The notes beneath the pieces are model-generated. The model did no database searches. It was not told the DNA's origin and worked only from the letters and a program-made list of their open reading frames with translations. Below are positions 14,905 through 34,701 of a DNA stretch of 64,000 nucleotides, in pieces. How positions within the stretch are numbered: the stretch's first letter is position 1; the number at the start of each line of letters is the position of its first letter. A program made the translations under genes and the position numbers. The DNA is from Chrysomallon squamiferum (lineage: Eukaryota; Animalia; Mollusca): contig CM022673.1 in assembly GCA_012295275.1 (NCBI GenBank), positions 2,914,001 through 2,978,000 of the forward strand. Reading direction: 5' to 3'.

Positions 14905-15016
14905 TATAAATAACTTGCCACGCTCTAAATTTTCAGTAGGCCTCTATGTTTAACTCAGTGATTCGCCTGCACCATCACGGAGTTTGATTTGTATGGAACT
15001 TAAAGTGAAATAACAG
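14905..15016 (+). promoter_or_regulatory. TATA + Inr core promoter and non-coding exon 1 of ligase copy 1
   Basis: TATAAATA at 14905-14912; Inr TCAGT with A at 14935, exactly 30 nt downstream; donor CAG|GTAAAT after 15016; matching acceptor tgtctttcag| at 17470, 90 nt before the ATG. Confidence 0.55.
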
Positions 15017-15794
15017 GTAAATGTGTGTGTATATGTGTATATACTGTATATATAAACACTTATAAAACCTTCGTATTATTCTATCATTGCATGTTTTATT
15101 TTATTTTATTTTGACTTTACCATCATTTATATCATTCTGAGATATAACACAATTAAACAGGTTTATGTTAAAATTTGCATAACTGGTTTAACTGTTAAAA
15201 AGTAAACGCTTAAAACTCTTCGTAAACTGCAATTAATCCTTTATACGTTTATAATGCAATATTATTAGTGCGGGTAACAGAGGTAGTAGTAGTAATAATA
15301 ATAATAATAATAATGCAGCATTGGAATTGTGTCATAATGTCGCATTACTGTGTCAGTTTACCGAGACCACCCTAAGGCCTAGCTAGCGTGACTTCGTGAT
15401 CATCCTTTTGTAAAGCTATTAATTCAGTGAAAACAAACAAAAAATAGATTAACTGTAACAGTACGTAGGTTTATGACTTTTTAACAAACTCCATACTAGT
15501 ACATGAACTGGACATAAGCTGGAAACAGCGGAAAGCCGTTCCCTGCTTGCCCTCCCCCCCCCCAGTTCAACCACTGCATTCCTGAGCGCTTTTCACTTTA
15601 AGAGAAATGTCTAATGTTACTATCTAAGATCTTGTGTACAATTCAAGTGTGTTTGCTGCTGGCTAGAGTGAAACTAATCTGACACGTTGTATATATATAT
15701 ATATATTTTGTTTTGGAGTCTTGTTTTTTGTTTCAGCTCTTTGGTATCTCGATATCATTAACATTTAACGGCATTTCTTTATTTACTTGCTATA

Positions 15795-15953
15795 GGATCG
15801 AACCTTCTTGGTATTCCTAAAACCATTTTTTTTTTTTTACTGTTTTTTCCCGTTCCAACCAGAGCAGTGATTTATCTAAAGTTGTCGGAAACTGTATTTT
15901 TTTTTTTTTTATTATGATACTATGTTGAAATAAATAAATAAATAATGATGATG

Positions 15954-16021
<68 letters not shown>

Positions 16022-16090
16022 TCTTCTTCTTCTTATTATTATTATAATAATAAGAAAATTGTATTTAAAGATCCCTTGCTACTACTAAGC
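15795..16090 (+). mobile_element. Degenerate tRNA-derived SINE-like remnant interrupted by (TAA)n
   Basis: B-box-like GGATCGAACC at 15795-15804, followed by tttcccgttccaaccag. The same core (tttcccgttccagccag) recurs in reverse orientation at ~18392-18408. The SINE assignment is inference. Confidence 0.4.
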
Positions 16091-16584
16091 GGTGAGATAT
16101 CAGTTATATAATCATTGTTATGTATTAAGTTGTAGTTAGACAAGATTCATTTATGACTTTGCATACCCATTATTTAAAATCACTTGTATTTTGTCTTATG
16201 TATAATCAAATGAAGTTCAGGATACAATTGTTAAAAAATTGATGTCAGCTTGCTTGGTTGAGTTCACAGCTTTTGTTGTGTCATCATAAGTTCCAGAAAA
16301 TGTACGCAGATTTAGTGCTTTATTTCTTAGTAACTGTTTGTTTGTTAGTGAAAAAACCTTAGCACCAGTCTCATTGCATTTAACGACTATAATAAGTGTA
16401 TAATTAAAACTAATACTCGGCTAAATTAATATATGTTCCAGTTGTTGTGTCCTTATTGTTTTTGTAAATAATGTTTTAAGACATGCAATAATAATAATAA
16501 ATAAAAAACAACAAGCAAAAAAAAAAAAAAGCCCCGACCCCTGAAGCATATGTTCTGTAATAAACAAAGGTAAATGTAATACTG

Positions 16585-17444
16585 GGTGTCTTTCCATCTG
16601 GTCGAATTCCCAAATTGTCGAAATACTTCATCTACCGAAATAGCTGATTACTTTCGTATGTAATGAACTTGTCTTCGTCATGTTCATACAAGTAAATCGG
16701 TTATGTAACATCAACCGAAAGCAGAACAAGTGTTCACTACTCATTTGTTGCAGATTATTTACTTTTCCAATCACAGCCAAGATGTTGCAGGTCGTGAGAT
16801 CGATCTTCTGCTTCTTCTTCTTCTTCTTCTTCCTCTTCCTCTTAACATCATTATCATCAACACTATTATTATTAGTAGTATTATTTAATCTGGTCATTTC
16901 TAATTCACCAATATTTCCTTCTTTTTTAATTATTTACATTCACCAACCTTCAGTACTTGCACTATTTCGATATTTTCATAGTTGCATACTTTATGCAATA
17001 AGCGACATCCACACTACAATAATAGCGCGGATTAATGATGTAACTGGTTCCAAATTTCCGATCGTAAAGTGAGATATCGTTAAGCGGGAGACTAATTTAC
17101 CTAGAATTAAGATTAAAAACAGAGGTTACGTTTTTCGCGACTGAAATTTGACATAAAAAGAAATGTTAAATAAGGAGAAATCAAACGGCAATTTAGACAC
17201 AAATGATTTAATAGATCATAGATATTAAACAAACAGTAAATAATTTACAAATCAGTTTATACAAATACATTAAGAAATAATTATATGCTGCTCATTGTTT
17301 GTATCTATACAATAATAGTCGGTTTCCAAATAATCTAGAACAGTTCATTACAGTGACTGAGATAAAAACATGCATGTCAGTAAGACCACTGAACCACATT
17401 TAGCCTTTCGACAAACTGGGAATTCGACCAGTTGGGAGTAAGCC
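16585..17444. mobile_element. Non-autonomous MULE/MuDR-like DNA transposon (MITE), ~860 bp
   Basis: ~39-bp imperfect TIRs: left ggtgtctttccatctggtcgaattcccaaattgtcgaaa (16585-16623); reverse complement of right end ggcttactcccaactggtcgaattcccagtttgtcgaaa (17406-17444). The 9-bp flanks gtaatactg / gaaatgctg match 7/9, consistent with a decayed 9-bp TSD typical of Mutator elements. Confidence 0.7.
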
Positions 17445-17559
17445 GAAATGCTGTCCATTTTGTCTTTCAGATTATTTTGTTGTTTGAATCGGAGAATGAC
17501 CAGACATTGACTACACACCTCTTCAATTATTCCGAATTTTTAAAGGCAAAACAAGCAAA

Positions 17560-23718
<6,159 letters not shown>

Positions 23719-26085
23719 AAATGAAATCACTTCAAAATTTGAAAGAAATGAAGATAATGTAAAGATCAGTTCACAATGTAAAGACGGGCAGATGTGCCAG
23801 AAAATAATGTCTTCATACAAATGCTTATATATACATATGTATCTACATTGAAACATAAATTCATCAAGTAGAAAGGTACACACTAACTTAAGAAGACAAG
23901 TAAACAAATAAGAAAATTTATGATGATGATGATGATAAGACAGTTACAGGCAGAACACTGACACACCACACACACAAAAAATACTGACTGAGGCACACGA
24001 ATCCCTGCTTTTTATCGTTAATTTTTAAAATGATCAAGATGATAATGATTTATAATCATCTTGATTATAACTGCAGTCAACTGCAGTTAATGGCAAGTGT
24101 GTATTATATACATACACAGAAACAGTTTCATTTGACACCAATTTTTTATTTTTATTTTGTTTAACAAAATTTTATTCTGATGTTTTATTTTGCTTCAGTT
24201 TTTGTCATTATGAAAATATTCAAGCATTTTTCTTTCCTCAGTATGAATGTTGAGTTTCTTTATAATTACGATATTTTTCTGCATGTAGCATTGTAATATA
24301 TTCGCAAACAAATATTTATCTTACAAAACACATGTAATTTAATTACGACACTGCATGTAGTTATTTCTGTCTACACGGGAACATTGTTTTATCTGGCGCC
24401 ACGTTCTTTTTATTCGCAAGTAATATATTTTAAATACAGTCTTAACTCAATTAATTTTTATCAGCAATTTTAGAAAGATATTATTACATAATTGTGAAGA
24501 CCCGAGTGATTAATGTTTGTTTCTTCCAATACTGAATTTTATATATTTTACATTTATTTAACTGGTAATAGAAACAAGAGGTTTCTGATAACAATGCACT
24601 CATTTTTATATTTTAAAACTTTATTGTACTATGAATTTTATATATGTAACACGTTTCATTGTTTTAAATAAATATTTACTTTTTATCATTATCTTTGAAA
24701 TTTTATTCATAAATATTGATATTTTTGATGGCCTTAACGATATGCATGTTTTTGAACATCTGTTGTACACACGTACATACTCAGTTATACACATACACAT
24801 ATATTCACTTTCAATGAGTGTTTGTGTGTGTCTACACACCCACACACTCGCATAAATTCTATGCATATTTGCACATAGAAATGTAGGCAAAGGCTCTAAT
24901 TTGACCTTGGCGTAACAGATAATTTCTTGAGACAGAAAATAAATCATATTTGTAAACAATAATTGTCAAGCTAGGCGTAGGATTCACAAAGTTACGTTTC
25001 CAGCTGTATAAAACACTTAATTAACTAGGACAGCCGATAGTGCATGTATTTACCTAACTCGTGACCTGTATCTTTTAAAATTATCTCGGTGAGTAACTGA
25101 AATAGCGATAAAGGATTTAAAAAAAAAAAAAAAAAAAAAAAAAGACATTGCTAGAGAACATTGTTTATCAACAAACTGTACGACAGACCTTGAAATCATC
25201 GTAGACAACACAACGATTTCATTCAAAGCGTAGTTTTTGTAATGAAGCTTTAATCTGTTTCGTTTTGAAAGGATATTTGTGAACGTTAATCTGTGGTGTA
25301 GTTTAAAGATTCGGCGGGATTATTTTCGCCAGCGTTTGAAATCTACACAGAATTTAATACGTGCTGTGGTTTAGTGTTTCGGGAGGACAGTTTCAAGTCA
25401 ACACTCCACTGCAGTTTGGAAGTTGTCAAAAGGGAGCAGCTTAAAATAATAGCTCTAGGAAAACTTGTGGTAAGTAACGGTAATCAGTGATAACGTAACC
25501 GTGACAACAAATCGTACTTGTTTTCACTATCGGTTAATCCCATTGATTTCTCATGTTCAGTGGTTCAGTGAATTAGGTTGAAAGATTTCAAAATAGGAGT
25601 GTACAAAAGATGTAATTATGTCAGCCGACAGACGAGAGTGAAGGCCTGATTTTGTGATATGTTACAGAGTGTGAGTACACTAGAAAAAAAAAAAAAAAAT
25701 TAATAAATAAAATAAAATAGAAGAAACAAGAAATAACAACAACAAACAAACAAAATACCTCCCAAAACCAAGACAAAAAAAATAAAAAATAAAAAATAAA
25801 AAATAAAAAAATGAAAAATAAAAAAAAAAAAATAAAAAATAAAAAAAAATAAAAATAAAATAAAATAAAATAAAATAAAATAAAATAAAATAAAATAAAT
25901 AGATAAGATAAGATAAGATAAGATAAAATAAAATAAAATAAAATAAATAAAATAAAATAAAATAAAATAAAATAAAATAAAATAAAATAAAAATAAAATT
26001 AAAGACAGCCGTCAAAAAGTGGGACAAAAGAACAACAACAAGAAAACGTCAAAGTACATTGCATAATGGTTCTCAGAATTATTTA

Positions 26086-26248
26086 TTGGTTTATTTTCAA
26101 AATGAAATTATCTCCCTTTACCACCTTAGTACGTAATATAGTATGACACTGTGTTGATATATACACGTAGGAATATATCAAGACAGTGTGATACTATATT
26201 ACATACTAAGTTGGTAAAGGGAGATAATTTCATTTTGAAAATAACCAA
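26086..26248. repeat. Fold-back inverted repeat (~76-bp arms, ~10-nt loop), MITE-like
   Basis: Left arm ttggtttattttcaaaatgaaattatctccctttaccaccttagtacgtaatatagtatgacactgtgttgatatat pairs with the right arm with about 4 mismatches and 1 bulge. Confidence 0.88.
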
Positions 26249-27541
26249 AAAACAACAACAACAAGAAGTTAGAAAAAAATCAAAGTACATTACATAATGG
26301 TTCTCAGAATTATTTATTTAATTTCAAAATGAAATTATCTCCCTTTACCACTTTAGTATGTAATATAGTAACAGCAACAAAAACACCAAACAACAACAAC
26401 AACAACAACAAAAAAACCCAAACAACTACAGACCAAACAAACGCCCAGGTACATGTTTATTCAACTAAACATATTTATGATCATATCAATGGTTGCAAAC
26501 TGATGGCATTATTAATTTTTATACATCCCAGTTGTTTAGGCTTGTATCTTGCTCACCAATTAGAAAATTCCTGGATTTCTTTACTGAGTAATTCATTTAA
26601 TGCTATACAGATAAAGAAATATAAAACTTGCTGCTCGTACATTACGTGTTACTCTTTTTTCGATTGGCAGCAAGGAATTTTTATTATTACTTTTTTTAAA
26701 CTGTGGTTTCACTTTAATAATAATAAAAAAACATTTCCATCATGGAGCACTGTTTGGACCTGAATAATCTAATAAACAACAACACACCTTATCAACTTTA
26801 AAAAAGCAGTAACTTCATTTCGAATGATCGTAATTCAAAGAGAAAAGTTTTAATTTAAAGCTTATGTTCGGTAGTTTTAAATAACTAAAACTAAACAAAA
26901 AAATCCAACAAAAAACCCCACAAAAAAACAACAACAAAAAAAAAAAAACCACACCAAAATCAACAAAAACAACAACAACAACAACAACACACAAATAATT
27001 ATTAATGGTGGTGATTATGAAAACAAATAAATAATTAAATAAACGTAAATAAAAATTCGCTTTGTTTTCTATTTAATTTTTTTTTTTTTTTAAATGTATT
27101 TACTTATTTTTTTATAAATTAGCTTTGAAGTATATCCGCCAATTCATTCATTCCAGCGTTATGATCATTTGCAGGTGACAGTTTCCCCAAAACAATTCAG
27201 TATTATTTTTCATAATATTTACAGATAATTAATATTCAAACTTTTAAGGACTCGAACTAAAAAGAAAATGAAAATAAATGTGTAGCATATCATTTTTTAC
27301 AACAAAATTGGTTAAGTAACATTTATAGCTTTAGTCTAGATATGACGTCATGAGAAAAGAATTAGTACATTTTACCAGCCTTGTAACAAAAATATATGTA
27401 AAAGGTAGATCATGGGATGTTGTTTTTGGCCGATCGTTATTTATTTATTAATTCATACTACTACTGCTATTAGTATTAGTAGTCATAATACTTGCATTAG
27501 TAATGGTATAGAAGTATTGTTGTAGCTAGAAGCAACAGCGG

Positions 27542-27578
<37 letters not shown>

Positions 27579-27937
27579 GTCACATTTACAAAGTAAAAAC
27601 CACCACCATGATGCCGCATTCATCTGTTTTAAAAACGGCGTCTGTCTTTGGTCCATAGTATTAAATTTATACAGTGTTAGAGTTAATTTAACCGATCATT
27701 TGCAATTACAAGCGTTATTTAATCTTGCCTTTTGGTATTTGCAAGTTAAACAGTGCTATGCCTTTTAAGTAATAATAATAAATAAAAGTCACATGTCTTA
27801 GAATCTTTTGTAAAAGCCAGATTTTTTTTTGTTTAAATGTTTTAATTTTTGTTTTATTTTTTGTTTTAATTTTTAACATTTTTATTTGCTATTTTTTTTT
27901 TAAAAATGTATGGTTATTGTTGTTGTTGTTGTTGTTG

Positions 27938-27971
<34 letters not shown>

Positions 27972-28286
27972 GTTCTCGTTTTTGTAGTTGCTAGAGGAAC
28001 TTTCTTCTCTTCTTTTGTTGTGTACCAGTCATTTAATATATTCGGGAGCAATCAATGTGCTGAATTTCTTTTTAAACAGAAGCTTACTTTCAAAATATAT
28101 TCCAGTTCATTTCATCTTGAAATTTATATGTAACAAGAAAAGTAAGCTCCATTTCCAATTCCCGACACTGCCACTCATTTTTTATTTGTGTGATATAAAA
28201 AGATACATTTCTTTCAGATGTTCTTGTGTGACGTCGTGCGAGAAACTAGCAGCACACTTTCAATATTGTAGACACGAAGAAGGGAC

Positions 28287-28651
28287 ATGGTCATCCGATC
28301 TTTACCCCTGATGTTCCATCGTTGGCGTGTCGTACCAGCGTTTAGCAGAAACCTACTCTGGGTAAACTGTCCTGATAGAAGATGGGTCCGATTGTGGACA
28401 GGGCCTAATTTTCAGTCTGTGATGTGCCGTTCACTGTCCAGTGATGTTCACAAAGAGATATACTTATCCAGCAGAAGGCCTTCTTTTAAAATTCCAAATG
28501 TCACGTTTACGGAATTCATGTTCGAGAATACGAAACAGTATGGAGACTCCACAGCTTTGGTAATTATACACATTAGCATAAAAAAAAGAAAAAAAGCGTG
28601 GATCAAAAGAATAATAAGTTGTATATGTGTTTGCGTGTTTGTGTGTGTGTG

Positions 28652-28709
<58 letters not shown>

Positions 28710-29775
28710 TATATTTATATATAGATAGATAGTTAGACAGATAAATATAGAGAGATACACGGACAGATAAATAGATAGATAAGTAGACAGACAGATAGAA
28801 AGATAAGTGTACAGAGATAGAAAGATTTCTGAAGCATAATAAAAAAATGTTAATAAGAAATCTCATAATACTGTTTACAGTAACATTTTATTATTCATCA
28901 AACGAACATGGAAGATAAGATTACCTCAGGGATACAATTAAACTATTTATAAATAAAAACTTTTAACTAATTTGGTTTCTGATTTATTTATGTTCAAACA
29001 GGTCGATTTTCAAACCGGCAGGAGTTACACGTACACCCAACTACGAGATGCCACCATTAAACTTGGCAGCGCCCTCTACAAGCTAGGATACCGGAAAGGA
29101 GATCGGCTTCTCGTGTTTTGTCCGAACTGTCCCGAGTACGCGATTTTGTTCATGGCTTGTGCCTCGTTAGGAGTCGTGGTTTCAACGTGCAACCCTTCGT
29201 ATAACTCAGGTACAGTTTACTAACACGAATGTGACTATCACGTCACTCTTAAAAGTGTCTAACAGTAAGAAATGACATTTTACTCAGTCCAAAACGAAAT
29301 TTGGTCTGTCCTTGGTTTTCTAATTGGTTGTCTTTAGATTAAGTAGAAGTTAACATTTTCGGGAATTTTTTTTTTTTTTTTTTTTTAAATGAGTTGAATT
29401 TAATGAATGAATGAATGGTTAACTATACACCAGCACGAAAGCCATCGGTTGGTGGTTGTCAAACACAGTTGGGTTGACTGGAATCGCTTTCATTATAAAA
29501 GCAAATATATTCAGCTGAAATACACTTTCTTTACTTGTTAGTTTATTAGTTTTTTGTTTATTAAATTATAACTTTTTGTTTCCACAGTGGAACTGGCGCG
29601 ACAGCTTGTACAATGCGGTGCAACATCAGTCGTGTCTTTTCCTTCGTTAGTTGGAACAGTGAAAGACGCGATAGCATCGAGCAAACTACTGTCAGACACA
29701 GTGAGGGTACGTTGTTAATAAGTCCTAGGGGTTCGAGTGTCTTAATCATAGTATCCAAACAGTAGAAGAAAGAGA

Positions 29776-29827
<52 letters not shown>

Positions 29828-29890
29828 CTATTTATATATTACTCTTAACCATCTATTTATTATTACTGTCTATTGTGTTTATTGTTCCTT

Positions 29891-29961
<71 letters not shown>

Positions 29962-30013
29962 AGAGAGAGAGAGACAGAGAGACAGAGAGAGATAGATCGA
30001 TAGAGAGAGACAG

Positions 30014-30091
<78 letters not shown>

Positions 30092-32108
30092 AAAGAAATG
30101 AGAAAAACATTTATGTAGAATTTACATCCACAATCACTACCACTCGTACTACTACAATTGATAATAATAATAATAACGATGACGGTAACAAAAAATCATG
30201 GTACACCTTTCCCTTTCCTTTGTGGTGATCGAAAAAACACACGGACATTTTGTTACAGGAAATCATAGTGCTCGGTGAATCAGAAGGATGTCGGCCATTT
30301 TTTCCGCTCTTGGATGACGACGGAAAGAGTTTTCCGGAGAATGTCGACATCGATCCCCACAACGACACCGCGATCCTTCCCTTCTCCAGCGGGACAACGG
30401 GGCTGCCAAAGGGGGTGATGCTCACTCACACGAACATAGTGTCTAATATCATACAGCTAGGGTTAGTAACAGTTTCATGTAAATTTGTATACTGATCACC
30501 CGAACTACGTTTACAAAATGGAAATTTTATTTACGTTCGAAACCATTTTTTTTTATTTTTATTTTTTTTTTTGTTTTAATGTGCGTGTTGACAATGAAAC
30601 GAAATTTAATAAGGTATGAAAGTAATGCACTGCATGTAGTTTAATTTAGAAAGAAATCGTATTTCTTCTGAACTGAGGTTCATGTCATAAAAAATATTCT
30701 ACCTTTTGCCGCATATTATTATTATTTTTTTTTTTAAAACCATTTCTCTTTGTTGGTAATTCTTCTTTCTTTCCTCGTAAGAGTTCAATAAGTAAATTAT
30801 TTTTTGAAGGCCAGCAATATCTATGGTGGGAGGAAAGGACAGCTTGCTGCTGATTTTGCCGATGTTTCACATCTACGGAATGGTGGCTTCGCTCTTTCAC
30901 GGGCTGAACCTGGGAGTCAAGATGGTGACTGTGCCTCGTTTTGACCCTGACGAGTTTATCCAGATCGTGACAAAACTCCAGGTAAGAAAACCCCTAAATC
31001 TACTACCTTTAAGCCGCATGTTCGTAACAACAGAGACATTTATCAGAAAAGTCCATCGAACTAAATAATTACGTAGAAAGTCCGTCCTAATAATGATTCA
31101 TATTTATGAATTTATTGACAAATTGTTTCAGATACGGTAATAAGTGCACTGCCCCAAGTATTTGCCCGACAGTTTAAGCAAAACCAATTGTTTATTTATT
31201 TGAGTGGTTCTCAAACTTTTTGAAGTCGGGGCACACTTGAAGATTTACCAAAAAATTGCGGGCACACTGCACACAAAATGCTAAGAAATATTATGAAAAA
31301 TGTAAAAAAAAAACACCCAAGAAATAACTGAAAGAAGCATGTTGCGGCTGAATCGGTTGGGGAGCATGCTGCCGAGGTCGTCTGTCCTCATTGTCTACAT
31401 CTGTCTCAGATTCTTCATCATTTCGCGTATAAACGGTTCTCGTCTGGAATTGAGTTACCGCCCTTGTGTGAGAGACGTTCACTGTTATATTTAGAGTTAC
31501 CGCCCTTGTGTGGGTGTGTACCTTTATTCATCATCTATTTTGTGCTGATGAGAAGTATGAGCCTGACGTGTCTTGGCAGTTTCTGCAAAAACACTGGAAT
31601 ATGAAATACAAAGCAATGGACTGTTAAAATGTCAAAAACTGTACAAAGGCTATATTTTTAATGGTGTGCATTGTGCTGTGAGGGAAATCTTTTACCAATC
31701 GTTTGCTTTTAACAAATGTGACACTATAATAGTCTAAAATTCCATAAAGTATTAAAGTTTTAGATGGGCAGTGACTGTGACAGTGATAGGAATATGTGTC
31801 ACAAGAAAACTATGGCTGTTTATCACGCTTGCACACTCACACTGTTTACAACGTGTATACAATCTTCTGGGCAACTGGCTATTTCTTACTGGATATCTTT
31901 CCGCTCATAACATAATCAATTTTTTATCATCACTAATATCTCCCTAGATCCTAGAATTTCGTGGGGCACAACTAACCATGTCTCCAGGCGCACCCTTTGA
32001 GAACCACTGCATTAGGTTTTGGTATTTCAGTCTCAGTTATAAGAATTGCATTTCTCTAGATGAGAATATTTAATAATACAGAAGCTGTGTATTGTGTTTA
32101 TTGTTCTT

Positions 32109-32186
<78 letters not shown>

Positions 32187-32900
32187 AGAAGCTATTTATA
32201 TATTACTTCTAACCATCTATTTATTAAATTTCTGTTACAGATTACACAACTGCAGCTTGTTCCTCCACTCGTTGTGTTTTTAACGAAAGATCCTCGGGTA
32301 GGCAAAGCTGAACTTTCCAGTGTGAAGAAAATAATCAGCGGAGCCGCGACATTAGGAAAAGCTGTCACCGTGGAACTACTCCAGAAATTTGACGTTGAAC
32401 TGTACCAAGGTAAATGTTTTACTGTTTAACAGTTATTGTAAATCTTTCTCAGTCTCTGTCTCTGTCTCATTCTGTCTCTTTTTCTTTATATCTGTCTGCA
32501 AGTGTCTGTTTTATGTAACTGGTTTTAATGCAGCATTCGGAATGACGGAAACTTCTCCTGGGGCCCTCGTAGACCAGCACCCCCCGAGACTGGGATCTGT
32601 TGGGAAACTGCTGGCTAACACAGACGGAAAGGTTTGTACGCACTTGTATTGACAATGTTTGAAAATGCAACATAAATAGTCATATGTAAACAAACATACG
32701 TAAAACATAACAAGTGAAATTGATTTGGAGCAACAAGTAAATTTCATTTTATTCCTAAAAATAATTTTTTTCTTGTGCTAAATTATTTGTTTTCTTCTAC
32801 TGGAAAAAAAATAAAAATAAAAATAAAAATAAAAAAATAAAATAAAAGATCGTTTAAAATTATATACGTTCCCATATTTCTGTTTTAATTTTTTTATATA

Positions 32901-32940
<40 letters not shown>

Positions 32941-34365
32941 TCACACACACATTTATAAATAGCATTTCTGATATATGTATGTGTGTTTTACAACATTTTT
33001 ATAAAGTGTATAATAATGCTGTATATACATAACTGTAAAATTATATAAATTGTTATTTTTGTTGTTGTTATCATTATTACTATTACTACAACTATTACTA
33101 TTATTATTATTGTTATTATTATAATTATTATTATTATTATTAATATAATTATTATTATCATCTTTATCATCATCATTATTATTGATGTCATTATTATTAT
33201 TATTATTCTTTTCAATTTATTACTTTCAGATTGTAGATATACAGACTGGGGAAGACCTAGGTCCGGATCAAGAGGGTGAGCTGTGCATTCGTGGACCTCA
33301 AGTGATGAAGGGCTACTTGGACAACGAGAAGGCCACCAAAGAAACCATCAAGAATAACTGGTTATACACAGGTAAATGAACCAGTGAAAAATCGAAGTTA
33401 TACAACGTGTGAAAAACAACAGTTTATATATAGGAATATGTGTAAACGACAAGAAGTTGTCAAAGGACAAAAAAGAAACCAACATAAATGCAAATAAGAT
33501 TAAAAAAAATATATATATATCTGATTAAAATTTTAAGCTGATAGATGCAACAGTAAAATGTGGTGGTGTTTATTTGTTTGTGTTTACTCTTTCTACGTCA
33601 GGTGATGTTGGTTTCTACGACCGTGACGAATACTTCTTTATCACAGACAGAATGAAAGAACTGATTAAATACAAAGGATTCCAGGTAAAGTTTCTGAGAG
33701 GAAAAACATTTTTACCCCCCCCGAAAACCCCCACAACAGCACTAACCAGAAAAACCCAATAATAACAAAGAAACACCCCCTTGACACCCAAAACAAAATA
33801 AATAAAAATGCAAAACAGATTTAGATGTATAAGATACACATACATGTGATGAAATAAACTAAAAAAACTAACCTTATAGAACACTAAATATCAAAAGGAT
33901 TGAAATATTACGTTGAAATCAAACATAAATAACCGAATTGATGCTATACACAGTGAGATATACAAATATTATATCTCCCAAAATACACAGCCGGATGATC
34001 TTTATCCTGAAAAAAAAAAAAAAGTTGTCTTATCTTGACTCCTATACAGAACTGCACTGACACAAAAAGAAATTAATTTGGCACTTTGGATTGCAGAGAA
34101 GGTAAATATCTGAGTTATACCACAGGTACCCCCAGCAGAGCTTGAAGCACTGATTCTCACTCACCCCGATATACAGGACTGCGCCGTGGTTGGCGTCGCC
34201 GACGAAGTGGCTGGGGAGTTGCCGAAAGCCTACGTCGTGGCGAAGCCCGGAAAGACGATCAACACCAACGACGTGGTTAAATTTGTTGAAAGTAAGAAAT
34301 TGGAAAGTTCTGACCAAACTGCTTGAAAATGTATAAAAATGATTCTTAACTGCTAATTAAATAAT

Positions 34366-34403
<38 letters not shown>

Positions 34404-34628
34404 TAATAATAATGATGATTGACCTAAAATATTTCAGAAGTAACATCTAACCTGTGATAGAAAATTAGCCAAAATTTTCATTTTGTAAATTAAAGTTATT
34501 TATAAAACAAACAAACAAAAACAGGCATACGTACTAAAGTGGCACGTAATTTTATTTATATAAGTAAAACAAAAAACAGCAGTAAAAAAATCTATCTATG
34601 TATCTGTCTGTCTGTCTGTCTGTCTGTA

Positions 34629-34701
<73 letters not shown>

